Part shown: positions 28,572 to 40,010 of the stretch, one piece after another
Position numbering within the stretch: position 1 is the stretch's first letter
How the letters are laid out: each line of letters opens with the position of its first letter
Origin: a virus
Lineage: Duplodnaviria > Caudoviricetes
Reading direction: 5' to 3' (one strand)
Virus record (IMG/VR): IMGVR_UViG_3300023218_000062
DNA length: 64,000 nt
The notes under the pieces: model-generated
What the model saw: only the letters and a program-made list of their open reading frames with translations
Told to the model about the DNA's origin: nothing
The model's database searches: none
Position numbers and translations under genes: made by a program

Positions 28572-29792
28572 ATGAATATATTAAAGATATTAAAAGAGAT
28601 TGATGGTTTCACTTATAATGAACTATTTAATATTTTAAATGAGAATTACAAGATTGCGTTAGACAAGTTTTCATCTGAAGCAAATACTGATACTATCAAG
28701 GATTATTTTTCCAAGTTTAAGGAACTAGGGAAGAAAAATTTGATTAACAAGGACATATCTTATTGGATTCCCAAGGGTTGGGAAAAATTTAAAGCGGCGG
28801 TAGATGATGCAGAAGGATATGGTAAGTCTAGGACTGAGCATAAGCGTAGTAGAAATGCAGGTAAATCTATTACTATACATGAAGATAATAGATGGCTGAT
28901 TGTTATTCCGTTAGATAAAGATGCAAGTTGTTTTCATGGTCGAAATACTGATTGGTGTACTGCCAAACCCACTGAACCGCATTTTATCAAATATTTTAAT
29001 GAAAACAATATAATACTAATTTATTTTATAGAAAAATTTTCTAATGAAAAATACGCAATTTCATTTAATGAAGATAATAATCAGGTAGAATTGTTTGATA
29101 AGAATGACAATAGCATTAGTAGAGAAGATTTTAAATCAGGCACTGGACGGGATCCTTTAGATATTGTTAATTTGGTTGAGGAAGAGTATTTAGAAAAAAT
29201 AAAATCTTGGAAACAAAATCAGAAACAAGAGCAAAAAGAGGTTAAAGCGGATATTATTAAATACCGGGATGGTAATTATTTTAAAAAGGATGCCCCCAAG
29301 AATAAAATTGAACACTATTTGAGAAATTCTCGTGATGTTGATAACTTGGCGGCTTATATACGAACTTTTGGTTCAGATAATCCAGAAGAATATATATTGA
29401 TGATAGATTCAGGACTATCTACACAAATACTTGGTGATAAGGCACCTGAAAAGGTAAAAAAGGCGGCTATTAATTTATCTCCCCTGAATATTATGCATTT
29501 GGATAATCCATCTGAAGAGCTTCAATTGGTTGCCGTAAAAAGTTTATCAGGTATTCGTTCTGTTTTTAGTGATCACAAAAAAGAAATTTCTGATAAAGTG
29601 GCGTTGGCTGCCATAGATAGATTGCAAGGATCATATAATGGAATATATCTTAGAGATATATTTACTCCTTATCGAAATTATTCTGAGGATGTTCAGATTG
29701 CAGCGGCGAAGAAATATCCGGAAGAAGCATTAAAGTATATCAGGAATCCAACAGATAAAGTTAAACGGATGTTACAACATAAAACACAATAA
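28572..29792 (+). CDS. Jumbo-phage protein with PcfJ-like domain and C-terminal NPS-repeats; putative head-packaged
   Basis: N-terminus MNILKILKE; VIPL..DASCFHGRNTDWCTA; C-terminal NPSEELQLVAVK and NYSEDVQIAAAK repeats. Confidence 0.65.
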   Translation: MNILKILKEIDGFTYNELFNILNENYKIALDKFSSEANTDTIKDYFSKFKELGKKNLINKDISYWIPKGWEKFKAAVDDAEGYGKSRTEHKRSRNAGKSITIHEDNRWLIVIPLDKDASCFHGRNTDWCTAKPTEPHFIKYFNENNIILIYFIEKFSNEKYAISFNEDNNQVELFDKNDNSISREDFKSGTGRDPLDIVNLVEEEYLEKIKSWKQNQKQEQKEVKADIIKYRDGNYFKKDAPKNKIEHYLRNSRDVDNLAAYIRTFGSDNPEEYILMIDSGLSTQILGDKAPEKVKKAAINLSPLNIMHLDNPSEELQLVAVKSLSGIRSVFSDHKKEISDKVALAAIDRLQGSYNGIYLRDIFTPYRNYSEDVQIAAAKKYPEEALKYIRNPTDKVKRMLQHKTQ

Positions 29793-29940
29793 AAATATTA
29801 TCGCCACATGCATATTTTAAACCAAATAAACATTATTAATACGGAAAAGGTTGATAGCTAACAAATGTCCTGATTTATGGTATTGTGACGACTATAGCTT
29901 TTTTGATGGCCTATAAATAAGTTTAACATTTATATTAACG

Positions 29941-30400
29941 ATGAGAATTGGTATTGTATTAGAAAGAGTTAATGCTGAATTAGAGATATTAACTGAAATG
30001 CCTGAAAAGGATTTGCATGTTGTTATAAATGCTCTTGAAAAAGAATTCAAGAAATATGGATTGCGTTTACATTTAACAAAACATTTCATTAATTATGCAT
30101 TATATTCATACGCTCAAGAGCGTAAAACGATATCTGCTGCAGATTTATATAGGACCATAATGGAATTTTTGAATAAGCATAGCACACGGTTTAATGAATT
30201 TAAAAAAAGCAGGAAAAATTTCAAGATTGCTATAACCAACAAGAAAACTAATTTTGACGATAAACTTAGTTATTAATTATAATAAGCTGCCCATAGATTC
30301 AACTGTTCCATATGATATAGCGTTACAATCTATTATACAGAAAGATGATTATCGTGCAGATAATAATCCGGTAGATTTTTGGTCTAAGGTAAACATTTAA
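29941..30400 (+). CDS. Hypothetical protein (frameshift near 30260)
   Basis: MRIGIVLE start; another frame continues LVINYNKLPIDSTVPYDIALQSII...VNI*. Confidence 0.5.
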
Positions 30401-30564
30401 CCCGAAACAATTGATGAAGTTATTAATTTTGTTTTATTGATTAACAAATAATTTGAAATATTGCGGATTTATTTTATATTATTATAGGATGGTGAAGGTT
30501 TTTTCTAAATACTATTATTAATAATTTCCTTCTATAAAAGGGAGATCTTTTTAAAGGACGTTTT

Positions 30565-31170
30565 ATGAAGATATTAAAGATTTTAGAAGACGTAAAATAT
30601 CGTGGAGAGCACACTGCTCCTGATAGAAATAGCGGCGACCCATTACATAATGTAACCCAAAGCGTATATCCAGAAAACATTTATTCATCTAACGCGGCTC
30701 GATATTACGGTGATGGTAGAAGTGATGATTCTTATGTTATTGGGATAATTCAAGGTTATAGAAATACGCCTAATAAAAAAATAAAAATATATCGATCTGT
30801 TCCTAGGCAGATTAATGAACATCGAGTTAGTGAGCTAAAGAAGCTATATAATTATTATAATAAGTTTGGTTTTTTTCCTGTCGGGAATAAAATTGTTCAT
30901 TCATATGAAGACAAATATGATCATTTGGGATGGGATGAAAAGCAAGAAAGCGTGTATGACGCAATAGTATCAGATATTAAGGAATTGTCTTCTAAAAATA
31001 AGATCAAAATTAATTCTGGGGATTGGGTAACAATTAACAAACAATATGCATTGGAACATGGACATAGAGCGTTAAACAATAATTTTCGTATTATAGAAAA
31101 AACTGTTAAGGCAAAAGATTTATATACTAACGGAGACAGTATTCATGAATGGGGATATGATCCGTCATGA
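30565..31170 (+). CDS. Putative ADP-ribosyltransferase-like protein
   Basis: MKILKILED start; IKIYRSVP...INSGDWVTINKQYALEHG...DLYTNGDSIHEWGY resembles ART-fold motifs seen in phage polyvalent proteins. Confidence 0.45.
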   Translation: MKILKILEDVKYRGEHTAPDRNSGDPLHNVTQSVYPENIYSSNAARYYGDGRSDDSYVIGIIQGYRNTPNKKIKIYRSVPRQINEHRVSELKKLYNYYNKFGFFPVGNKIVHSYEDKYDHLGWDEKQESVYDAIVSDIKELSSKNKIKINSGDWVTINKQYALEHGHRALNNNFRIIEKTVKAKDLYTNGDSIHEWGYDPS

Positions 31171-32081
31171 ATATACAGAATATTTTGTTAGAAGGTATTT
31201 CTCCAATAGTATTTCATTATACAAATCTGAAAAATTTATATAATATATTGAATAGTAACAAATTAGAACTATCGCCCGGTGGTTTACAAAAAAAATGTAG
31301 AAGTTCAGAAAGGTAAGGGTGGATATTTTTTATCTACTTCCAGAACTAGAACTGGAGGGTTCCATGTTACAAAACTCACTGGTGCGTTAATAAAGTTAGA
31401 TGGTAAAAAGCTATCGAATAATCTCGCTGGTAAAGCCATGGACTATTATCCTGATCATATACGCCAATATGATCCTAGAGGTTTTGAGCAAGAAGATCGT
31501 ATATTTTCTCATAAACCTGTAATAGAAAACATTCAAAAATATATATTAAGGATTGACATTCTTATTTCCGATAATGTTGGGAGTGATATGTTTAAAAAGT
31601 ATATCAATCAATTAGCATACATGGCGTATTCATTTGGAAAGAAGAATAACATTGATGTAAACATTTATGATAATAAAAAGAGTTTTATTAGTGGGTCAAA
31701 TAATACGTTATCTTTTGAAGATATAAAGAAATTAAATACTAAAGACAAGACTGCCACGGAAGATCATAGGCGAAGTATTAGTAAAAATGCGTTAGATGAA
31801 TTACGATTCATATATAAAGCACTCGCTTTTAATGATTTTAATAAGTTGTCATCTAAAGAACAAGATACTATGACAAAATTTTTAAGATATTTTGAAGCTG
31901 AAAAAATAATCCGTCTGGTTTAATTAGCACGCTTCATAACGTCACAAATACACCAAAAGCTAGAAACATATTACATAAAATATATGAAAAAATGAGAGAA
32001 TATGGTATAAAAGATATTAATCCTCAAAAAATTACTAAAGCTATTTATATAAAATGGAAACATATATTAGGTCCAATTTAA
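31167..32081 (+). CDS. Putative ART-fold protein (two indels: ~31277 and A6 run 31901-31906)
   Basis: ATG overlaps the previous stop; MNIQNILLEG..FHYT..L.NIL, YFLSTSRTR, FEQEDRI (H/S/E-like ART signature). Confidence 0.45.
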
Positions 32082-32454
32082 TATTTTATTGACTTTTTTA
32101 GGATAACAATTATACTTATCTTTCAATTTAACGGGGTATAACATTTATGGATAGCAAACAATTCAATAGAATAAGGTCTAATGCATTATCTGAAGCTTCT
32201 TGGGAACATAGAAATCTAGTTCTAAAAATAAAATTACAAAAGAACTAGAAGAAGCTGGATATATTATTAATTCATTAATTGATAATTATGCATTACGACA
32301 GGATGGTGTTTTATTCCCTTATTCGGAACAACCAATTGAAATTCAGTCTGCAATAGGTTTTGTAACTGAAGTTACTGGCGAAAACAAATATGTATAATAT
32401 AAAAATATTATCATTTTCGTATTAATTTGAATTGAACTTCTGTTTCGTCATCAT

Positions 32455-32736
32455 TTAATATAAGGGTAAATTTTGTAGATTTCGTTTAATTAATCTATTA
32501 TACACATTTGCTCTATTTTTACTAAAATCTTTTGGGTCAGTATTTGGATCGGAGATATAAAAGTCTATTTTCTCTGCAGAAAAATGTATTTCACCAATAT
32601 ATTTGTGATTATTATCAATAAACGTTTTGAGTACATCTATAACGGTACTTAAACGCCAACTTCTTAGAGCAGAACAGGCATTTAAGATTACTAGACTCTG
32701 AATATAAACCTGAAAGAAGCCGTATAGTGGATACAC
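32455..32736 (-). CDS. Fragment paralogous to 36538..37032
   Basis: LSTVIDVLKTFI..IHFSAEK..RANVYNRLIKRNL vs VLSTVIDILRFFI..IIFGVQK..REKVYRRLLNRNL. Confidence 0.55.
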   Translation of the reverse strand: MYPLYGFFQVYIQSLVILNACSALRSWRLSTVIDVLKTFIDNNHKYIGEIHFSAEKIDFYISDPNTDPKDFSKNRANVYNRLIKRNLQNLPLY

Positions 32737-32851
32737 CTAGGGATTTTGCTAAAGCCATTAGTGATAATTTTTGAATCTGCCGTAAATCAAAAGCCCCCTA
32801 AATGGCTCACACATAAATCAAAAGTCATCTAAATGACTCATACATGAATCA

Positions 32852-33436
32852 TCAATGATGGTCAGCTTTATTAATAGGTTGAGCATTTAAAAATTCTACA
32901 ACATCATCTAATGATCGAGGGGAATGATCTGTAGGCATATCATTACTATCTACACCAACATCCATTGATCGTCCTATTTGTGGCAATGATCCATGTGAAT
33001 GTCCATACAAATGTATGGCACCATGATGATGTTTATTCCAAACTCTATGAGCATAATGGCACATGTATATTGGTGTTTTATTATAATTACATTCTATTAC
33101 ATCACAGAATAATTTAATTTTCTTAGTTCTCTTACAAAAATTTTGAACCGCATCAGATGCCATTTGTCTATCATGGTTCCCATATATAAAGTATTGAGTT
33201 CCTTTGAGTTTTTTAAGGATTTCTATGATTTTATTTTGATTGAGGAATGCGAAATCTCCTAGATTGAAAACAATATCATCGTGTCCAACCTTTGAGTTCC
33301 AATTTTCAATGAGGGTTTCATTCATTTCTTCAACAGAAGAAAATGGTCTATTACTATATTGGATAACATTTTTATGTCCAATATGCATATCTGATGTTAC
33401 CCAATATTTTATATTGTTTTGCAATTTTATTTTCAT
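32852..33436 (-). CDS. Calcineurin-like metallophosphoesterase
   Basis: SDMHIGH, NLGDF, GNHD, CHYA, LYGHSHG. Confidence 0.92.
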   Translation of the reverse strand: MKIKLQNNIKYWVTSDMHIGHKNVIQYSNRPFSSVEEMNETLIENWNSKVGHDDIVFNLGDFAFLNQNKIIEILKKLKGTQYFIYGNHDRQMASDAVQNFCKRTKKIKLFCDVIECNYNKTPIYMCHYAHRVWNKHHHGAIHLYGHSHGSLPQIGRSMDVGVDSNDMPTDHSPRSLDDVVEFLNAQPINKADHH

Positions 33437-33568
33437 AATATCTATATTATACTATGTTAGAATTTAAAAATCAAGCAGTTAAATCTTTAAATGTATTGTT
33501 AATGAGGGAAAACTCTACTACATCTAATCCCCTCAAATTATTTTCTTTTACGCTCCAATTTCTCGGAA

Positions 33569-33796
33569 GTGATTTTAAATTTTTATATATCAATCTTCAA
33601 TCATATTATTAAAAATAAATTATGGGAGGATCCATATTTTCCTAGAATATATAAGCAGCGTAACGTGAAAGACTCTTCTGGTCATGGTGCCAAGCGTGCT
33701 CAAATGGAAAAGCTGGAAGCGGTATCCGTATTATCTGATGAAGAATTGAAAGCCTTATTTCAATTTCCTATAAATATATTATATACATTAAGGTAA
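33569..33796 (+). pseudogene. Truncated paralog of the kinase-like gene 40156..40878
   Basis: KNKLWEDPYFPRIY...QMEKLE aligns with KYKLWENPHFPRVY...EIEKLT. Confidence 0.6.
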
Positions 33797-34080
33797 TAGT
33801 AGATAATTTTATATATGTCTACGCAAATGAAATCGCCAAGCGACCGCAGAAGATAACATTAGTAAGTCCAAACCAATTAGAGATAACCGTATGAGAAAAC
33901 ACTGGCTCTCTTCCAAGCATTAAAAGTTCCATCGACGAACTTAAAAAGTTCAATTTAAATTCTTCAACGACCCCTATAAATATAAAAGTTTTACCGGGGC
34001 ATATTGAAAAGGAGCCAGTAATATTACAAGGTGGTAATTTCTCAAATATAAGTATTGCTTCAGAGGATTCAGAAGTTTTA

Positions 34081-34710
34081 GTGTCAAGAGAAAGCATGCT
34101 AAATTTTTATGGCCAAGGGGAGTCAGATAAACCATTTTTCCATTTTACTAATCGTTGTATTGGCCCAACAATTCGTACAATATTTTCTCTTGATAATAGT
34201 GGCACTGTAATAAATTTTGATGGAAAAGCAGACAGTTTAATAGGTTTATTAATAGATGGCTCATCTGATGCATTTATTTTATCAGAAAATGGAATCAAAA
34301 AAGCCGGATTTCATAATTTCCCCTTTAAAGCTATTGAATGTAATGAAGCATCTACACTAATAACAGATAACAAATTTGAATTAGACAATTTAAATTCTGG
34401 AGATGGGGACGAATTCACCACGGTGGCAACTGATGTAGGTGTGGGTCTAGATATTAACGCCTCAAGAGTAGTGATTCCCTTTGCAACAATTAGTAATTTT
34501 GCGGGCAACGGAATACGATTAAATAATGGTGTAGATGCATTTATTCGAGCCAATGTTGGAGAATCTGGTAAAAGTAATGCAGATGAATTATTGATAAATA
34601 ATGCATGTATTTTTAGAACTTCTTTTATAAACATAGACGGTGTTGGAACAATCACAGATTCCCTCACACAATTTATTGGGGCACCACCTGCAAATATTAC
34701 TATCAGTTAA
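34081..34710 (+). CDS. Possible beta-helix/tail-appendage-like protein; frame extends upstream to ~33945
   Basis: G/N/I-rich beta-type sequence; the upstream in-frame segment is open but lacks a clean start. Confidence 0.35.
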   Translation: MSRESMLNFYGQGESDKPFFHFTNRCIGPTIRTIFSLDNSGTVINFDGKADSLIGLLIDGSSDAFILSENGIKKAGFHNFPFKAIECNEASTLITDNKFELDNLNSGDGDEFTTVATDVGVGLDINASRVVIPFATISNFAGNGIRLNNGVDAFIRANVGESGKSNADELLINNACIFRTSFINIDGVGTITDSLTQFIGAPPANITIS

Positions 34711-34784
34711 TTAAAGAATATAATCTATATATAAATCTTTTTCTGCATGATATAAATATAGGTACATAAAATAAAATCATTATT

Positions 34785-36527
34785 ATGCATTTACGAGCAA
34801 TTTTACATTTAATATCAGATGATACATGGTGGGCAGAAAGCCAAAATGGAATATTTGAAATACAAATAGCTACTGAAAAAGAACCCCCAGTAGAAGTACC
34901 ACTGCTCATAGAAATAGAAAAAGAAACTAATACATTAATAGGATATAAAAGAGATTATTCTATTGCAAGTGAATCTAACGAAACTAATCGTATGCAAATG
35001 TTTCTTGCAAAAATTATTGTTGGCGAAGATAATGAAATAACAGAGGCAGATGTTGATATTATAGAAAAGGAAGCCAAATTTACACAAGATATTTTACGAG
35101 ATTCGTTTCCAAATTTGAATATTACAGTAATTGGGGGAGTACGTAAAGTCCCTGAAGGAACTAGAATTTCAATATTCGGAGATGTATGGGGATTTTTAGA
35201 TGCACCAGAGGGAACAACACATAGACATGCACGTGGAGGAGTTACCTCATCTGTATCTGGCCGTGCATTAATTGGAGGCACTAAAGCAGTTTCGTTTTTA
35301 AATGGGTCAATTGGAACTGTAATTCATGAAAGTGGGCACATGATAGGTATGGGCCATTCCGGCAAGGGGCAAAGAGTATATGGTGAAACTAAAGCATGGA
35401 TGGGAAATTCACCAAATAGATTATATTTTAATGCCCCACATTTATGGAAAGTAGGAGCAATCCCAAATGAATTAGTTACTACGGCCGCAGGATCCGATAA
35501 TATATCAATGAATCTCGTAGATGCAGATGCTCCATTATTATCTGTTCGAGAAGGTGAACAAAAATTAATTGAACTATCATATAATTCTGCTGCCCCTAGT
35601 AGAAAATTAGCTGTATCATTTCAAAATGAACAAATTTATATCCATAGCCCATGGAATACTGCAACCGATAATTGGATTCAAACCAGACAAATTGATAATT
35701 TAAGAAAAGGACAAACATGGGAAGATTCTGAATATGATACAAGAATAACGTTTCATGATCTGACTGATTTCTCAGCAGCAGTAACATGTAGCAAGCTCTC
35801 CGAAAATATATCTCCTCCTACCCCTATCATAAATACAACACCAGAAGGAATAAATTTTAATTCCCAAAGCGGATGGTACGGAAATAATGCATGGTCTGTC
35901 CAAGGTCTTTCAATATTTTATTTACAAGACCGTAATAAAATATTGGTAGAATGGTTAGGATGGCTTCCCAGCAAACAATCAAATGGTAGAATAATAGACT
36001 CCGAGCAAATGTGGGCGTTTGGAGTATGGGATATAACAAATAATTTTGCACAAGGTACATTAACCGCTGGCATTCCTAACCCCTTTACTGGTATAATAGA
36101 TGTCCGAGAGGTAGGAAGCGGAAGTATATACTTCCCCGAAGACGGAAAATGTTTATTTCAAGCAACACACGAACGACTAGGTAGGTTTACAATGCCCGCA
36201 GAAAGAATTGCCAAAGCATCTGATCATCCACTTACAGGAAGATGGGGATTGGGGAATAAAGAAGGATTTATCGCTGGCGTCGCAGATCACGGGAAAGTAG
36301 TTGGATATCATTTACATTATGGAAATAGATCTCAAAAATGGAATATGATAATAGGAGATGATTTGGATGATTTAGAAATTAAATCTATTTCAGGCGGATA
36401 TCCCGGAATAAAAGCAGATGCAGTTAATACAACAATTGGGGCTGCTTCCATTTCGTTAGATTCTAAGAAGATGTCTCTGAATATCGATAATTCTACTATT
36501 GTCAAAAATATGCATAAATTAGCTTAA
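34785..36527 (+). CDS. Metzincin-type metallopeptidase (M11/gametolysin-like) with C-terminal beta domain
   Basis: VIHESGHMIGMGHSG = HExxHxxGxxH, with downstream WMG as a possible Met-turn. Confidence 0.75.
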   Translation: MHLRAILHLISDDTWWAESQNGIFEIQIATEKEPPVEVPLLIEIEKETNTLIGYKRDYSIASESNETNRMQMFLAKIIVGEDNEITEADVDIIEKEAKFTQDILRDSFPNLNITVIGGVRKVPEGTRISIFGDVWGFLDAPEGTTHRHARGGVTSSVSGRALIGGTKAVSFLNGSIGTVIHESGHMIGMGHSGKGQRVYGETKAWMGNSPNRLYFNAPHLWKVGAIPNELVTTAAGSDNISMNLVDADAPLLSVREGEQKLIELSYNSAAPSRKLAVSFQNEQIYIHSPWNTATDNWIQTRQIDNLRKGQTWEDSEYDTRITFHDLTDFSAAVTCSKLSENISPPTPIINTTPEGINFNSQSGWYGNNAWSVQGLSIFYLQDRNKILVEWLGWLPSKQSNGRIIDSEQMWAFGVWDITNNFAQGTLTAGIPNPFTGIIDVREVGSGSIYFPEDGKCLFQATHERLGRFTMPAERIAKASDHPLTGRWGLGNKEGFIAGVADHGKVVGYHLHYGNRSQKWNMIIGDDLDDLEIKSISGGYPGIKADAVNTTIGAASISLDSKKMSLNIDNSTIVKNMHKLA

Positions 36528-36537
36528 AATATAAGCG

Positions 36538-37032
36538 TCATATCCTTTTAAAATTCTTATTGATAAGCGCAAATACTAGTAATTTATCATTACCAGATTC
36601 GTTTACATACCAATCCCCCGGCAATTGTCCTAAATTTCTATTTAATAATCGTCTATATACTTTTTCTCGTGCATAGTTATATGATGGTATGGGCTTTTGC
36701 ACTCCAAAAATAATTTCTTCTATTACGTTAACATGTTTATATATAAAAAAACGTAATATGTCTATTACGGTAGATAATACTTTATATTGTGAGCCCATAT
36801 TGGTTAATTGATCATCGCCATCCATAAAAAAATTTATTTCATATGTATAATCATCTTCTTCTTCACCCCGGATTATATTAACCTCATAATTCCTTCCATC
36901 AATTATAAATAATGCTTTATAAATTTCTGGTACGCCATTTTTATTTTTACTTTGTTTAATCCATCTCCAGTTTACCGGAGAAGAGTCAAACGATTCTAAT
37001 ATACTAATTATATCCATGTTCCTTTCTGTCAA
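36538..37032 (-). CDS. Hypothetical jumbo-phage family protein
   Basis: MDIISILES start; paralog at 32455..32736. Confidence 0.7.
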   Translation of the reverse strand: MTERNMDIISILESFDSSPVNWRWIKQSKNKNGVPEIYKALFIIDGRNYEVNIIRGEEEDDYTYEINFFMDGDDQLTNMGSQYKVLSTVIDILRFFIYKHVNVIEEIIFGVQKPIPSYNYAREKVYRRLLNRNLGQLPGDWYVNESGNDKLLVFALINKNFKRI

Positions 37033-37115
37033 TATTCGAACTTTGCCGTATAAAATTTTTATTCATAATATAATTGCATATAATTCTATCATATATTTAT
37101 ATAGTTAACATAAAT

Positions 37116-37766
37116 TTATAACCGTCGTTTATCCTGTTGCTCACTTTTCCACGCGTTTGCCGCATGATGATTTATTGGAGCGGACAAGAATTTATTAATA
37201 TAAGATTGATTTTTTGAAATACTATTCTGTAAATCGTTACTAGAATCGTTGTTAATGACAACAAAATTTCTAAATATTTTCCGTATCTGTGAAATATTGG
37301 ATTTAACCTCTTCATGCATCTTTTCAGACTCTCTAGGGTCAACTCTTCTACGCCTAGATTCACTACGATCTAATGCAATTTCCAATGAAGTTTTAACATA
37401 TATAGCTAATGTGTCATAACCCAAATCTTTTAACTTTTCATTAATTTTTCGCATTCTATTCAACTTTCTTCCAGTAGAATCAATCAATAAACCCATTCTA
37501 CCATCAACATGCATGTTCATTTTTCTTTGCGCAACCTGAGCACTATACTTTCGCAAATATTCATCATATCCCCTCCCCACAATTCCAATATTGGCAGTTA
37601 AGTGCTCATAAATATCATCTAAATTAACTGTCCGTAATCCGGTCCCCCTGAAAAGTTTTGATGCCACATATGTTTTTCCACTGCCGGGCCCACCAACCAT
37701 AAAAACTGCTTTAAAAATATGTTGATCATATAACCCTTCATTTATAATATCATTAATATCCATCAT
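37116..37766 (-). CDS. P-loop kinase (zeta-toxin/AAA_33-like)
   Basis: AVFMVGGPGSGKT, VNLDD, LLIDSTG, YVKTSLEIALDR...RRRV; N-terminus MDINDIINEG. Confidence 0.8.
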   Translation of the reverse strand: MMDINDIINEGLYDQHIFKAVFMVGGPGSGKTYVASKLFRGTGLRTVNLDDIYEHLTANIGIVGRGYDEYLRKYSAQVAQRKMNMHVDGRMGLLIDSTGRKLNRMRKINEKLKDLGYDTLAIYVKTSLEIALDRSESRRRRVDPRESEKMHEEVKSNISQIRKIFRNFVVINNDSSNDLQNSISKNQSYINKFLSAPINHHAANAWKSEQQDKRRL

Positions 37767-38575
37767 ATAGCCTCTATAGTTTTTTTAATGTGATAATAAA
37801 TATCATCTCCCAATATCATACAAGTGTCATTCGTCCAAAGTTCTTTAAATTTTATATCTGGTAAAGAAGTTCTTATATCAATAGTAGAGACCGTGGTGGG
37901 ATCAAAAAAATCATTTAAAAACATTATTACAGATTCTCTAGTAATTTTATCATCACCACCGGAATACTTAGATATTGCACTATGTAATTCCCTCAACGCC
38001 CCCGTCAAATTTATAGATACTTGTGCTTGCGTTAAATTACTATATTTTTCAATATAACGAGGTATTTTGTTATTAATAAAATCCTCCCAGCTTTTCGGTG
38101 TGTCAAATAGCCCTCTAATAGCAACATCAAATGAATAGAGACTACGCACATAAGTATTATCCATCTTTTTTCTGTATGCATACCAAAAATCTGTGTCTGA
38201 TACGATTGCTTTAAATTTATTTGGCAATACAACACTTGAAATTGCACCATACATTATAGCAGTTTTTCTATCAGCAGTACATATTAGCGCGCGATTTCTC
38301 TTAGGTAATCCCCTCCAACTATCAATATTGCTAATAATTTCCGTATATCCAAAACCAGTTTTTTCACTCCCCCCTCTAGTACCAACGGAGGGATCAACTA
38401 ATATCGGATGCATATTTTGAGAATAAGTTGCCGAGCCCCTATATAATACAGGATAATCAAATTGTTTGAAATAATTAGAATAGGTAGTCTTGGCTAGTTG
38501 TATAACCTCATCCATTTCTAACATACGTGTTCTATTAGATGAAGTTTCCAATAGTACTATGTCATGTAATTTCAT
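37763..38575 (-). CDS. Putative ART-fold protein (paralog of 38572..39372)
   Basis: LYRGS...W..LPKR.RALICTADRKTAIMYG..DFW; MKLHDIVLLE start. Confidence 0.5.
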   Translation of the reverse strand: MKLHDIVLLETSSNRTRMLEMDEVIQLAKTTYSNYFKQFDYPVLYRGSATYSQNMHPILVDPSVGTRGGSEKTGFGYTEIISNIDSWRGLPKRNRALICTADRKTAIMYGAISSVVLPNKFKAIVSDTDFWYAYRKKMDNTYVRSLYSFDVAIRGLFDTPKSWEDFINNKIPRYIEKYSNLTQAQVSINLTGALRELHSAISKYSGGDDKITRESVIMFLNDFFDPTTVSTIDIRTSLPDIKFKELWTNDTCMILGDDIYYHIKKTIEAI

Positions 38576-39372
38576 GATAATACCGCTTTCTGTAAATCAG
38601 TATATTCCACATTCTCATTTATAAGAATACATGTATTATCTGTCCAAACTTCATTTTTCAAATAAAGTTTAGATATCTCTGAATGAGAATTTATTATAGA
38701 AAACTTGTTTTTATCAGGATGAAGAATATTATTCATGATAATATCATATGCATTCATATTCATATTTGTTTTAAGTTCGTGTTTAATATATTCGTATAAC
38801 TTATTAGAACCTACAGGAACCGCTTTGACTGTTTCATATGTAATACTTTCTAACACCTCCCGTAATCCCTGATATGTTTTAATTTTGCTTAAAGGAAAGA
38901 ATTTATTCACCATGTTTCTAAGACTCATGTTAAAGTCATATAAGCCAGATATGTTTTTATCAGACAGCCCATGTTTAAAACCATCCCATAAATCTGGTGT
39001 AGGTACGACACCCATCCTAAATGAATCAGGTGGTATTACAGCATATACTGTCCCATATGCGGAGGCGAAATGTTTAGACATAGAACATATCAAAGATTCA
39101 GAACGTTTCGGATATGCAGACCATAAAGGATCATTACTCATTAACAACGTATATTCATTACTCGTATGCGCCGAAATTCTTCCCCTCGCCTTAGGATTAG
39201 CTATACTAGCTACCGCACGTCCAATAGAAGAACTACCCCTAAAAATATGATAATTATCCTGTGTATCAAAATATTGAGAATAACCATTCTTCAGTATCTC
39301 AACAAGTTTATTCTGATCATGTATTAAAGTCTTATATGATGACTCACTTTCATAAAGTTGATAAAGTAACAT
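38572..39372 (-). CDS. Putative ART-fold protein (paralog of 37763..38575)
   Basis: IFRGS...W..YPKRSESLICSMSKHFASAYG..DLW; MLLYQLYE start. Confidence 0.5.
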   Translation of the reverse strand: MLLYQLYESESSYKTLIHDQNKLVEILKNGYSQYFDTQDNYHIFRGSSSIGRAVASIANPKARGRISAHTSNEYTLLMSNDPLWSAYPKRSESLICSMSKHFASAYGTVYAVIPPDSFRMGVVPTPDLWDGFKHGLSDKNISGLYDFNMSLRNMVNKFFPLSKIKTYQGLREVLESITYETVKAVPVGSNKLYEYIKHELKTNMNMNAYDIIMNNILHPDKNKFSIINSHSEISKLYLKNEVWTDNTCILINENVEYTDLQKAVLS

Positions 39373-39436
39373 ATATTATTTCATTATATATTCATATATT
39401 TATTTTGAAATGCTTTTGATCTTAAAAAAATAAGTA

Positions 39437-39546
39437 TGTGCAGACTCTGAGACAGAGTATAAAAGAAATGTTAATGCAGCAAAGAATATGAATACTATCG
39501 TCACGCAAGAGGAATCCCCCCGTGCGTTAAAACGGCGAAGAGGGTC
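39437..39546 (+). mobile_element. Degenerate IS200/IS605 tnpB 3'-end remnant
   Basis: Encodes ..KRNVNAAKNM (RDxNAAxN motif), followed by GGAATCCCCCCGT..ACGGCGAAGAGGGTC resembling a right-end hairpin. Confidence 0.45.
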
Positions 39547-39835
39547 TTTTTTAATTTAAGCTAGGATACCATTTCTTGGCTAAAGATTCGGATTCAAAAG
39601 AATCTATGTGTTTTTTATTTTTAATTTTTCCATTGATTTCAGTATTTTTATATACCCAATACTCCCCGACAGCCTTTTTAGGCTCCAATGTGTAATATTC
39701 TTTCTTCTCTTCTGTGGTCGGTTTACTCTCTTCGTCAAGTATACCAGACCATTTTTTTAAAAACATAAAATCATTTTCAGATAAATTTTTCATAATATGA
39801 TCACTCTCCTTTATCTCCTTTATCTATCTTACGCC

Positions 39836-40010
39836 TTGACTCTCTCCCCTCCCTAAAGTGAGGGGAATTCCTCCCGCGAGACAGTAGTGCCCTACCGCGA
39901 GAATGTTCTTAGCTGCATTAACATCTCTGTCATGCACTGCGCGCCACAGTCTGTACATGTCTATTCTCTTATTCCAAGTCCTGCCCTACCTTTCGGACTA
40001 TTGTGCTTAA
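39836..40010 (-). mobile_element. IS200/IS605 tnpB 3'-end remnant with right end
   Basis: Reverse strand reads PKGRAGLGIRE*TCTDCG..HDRDVNAAKNILAVGHYCLAGGIPSL*, then GGGAGGGGAGAGAGTCAA. Confidence 0.8.

Noticed and set aside
15304-31906. Multiple frameshifted genes as programmed frameshifting, possibly served by the enlarged-loop tRNAs
   Set aside because: Breaks at T7 (15304), G5 (22820) and A6 (31901) are homopolymer indels in both directions, with others at ~30260 and ~31277. This is the typical pattern of sequencing/assembly error; there is no shared slippery motif or stimulatory structure.
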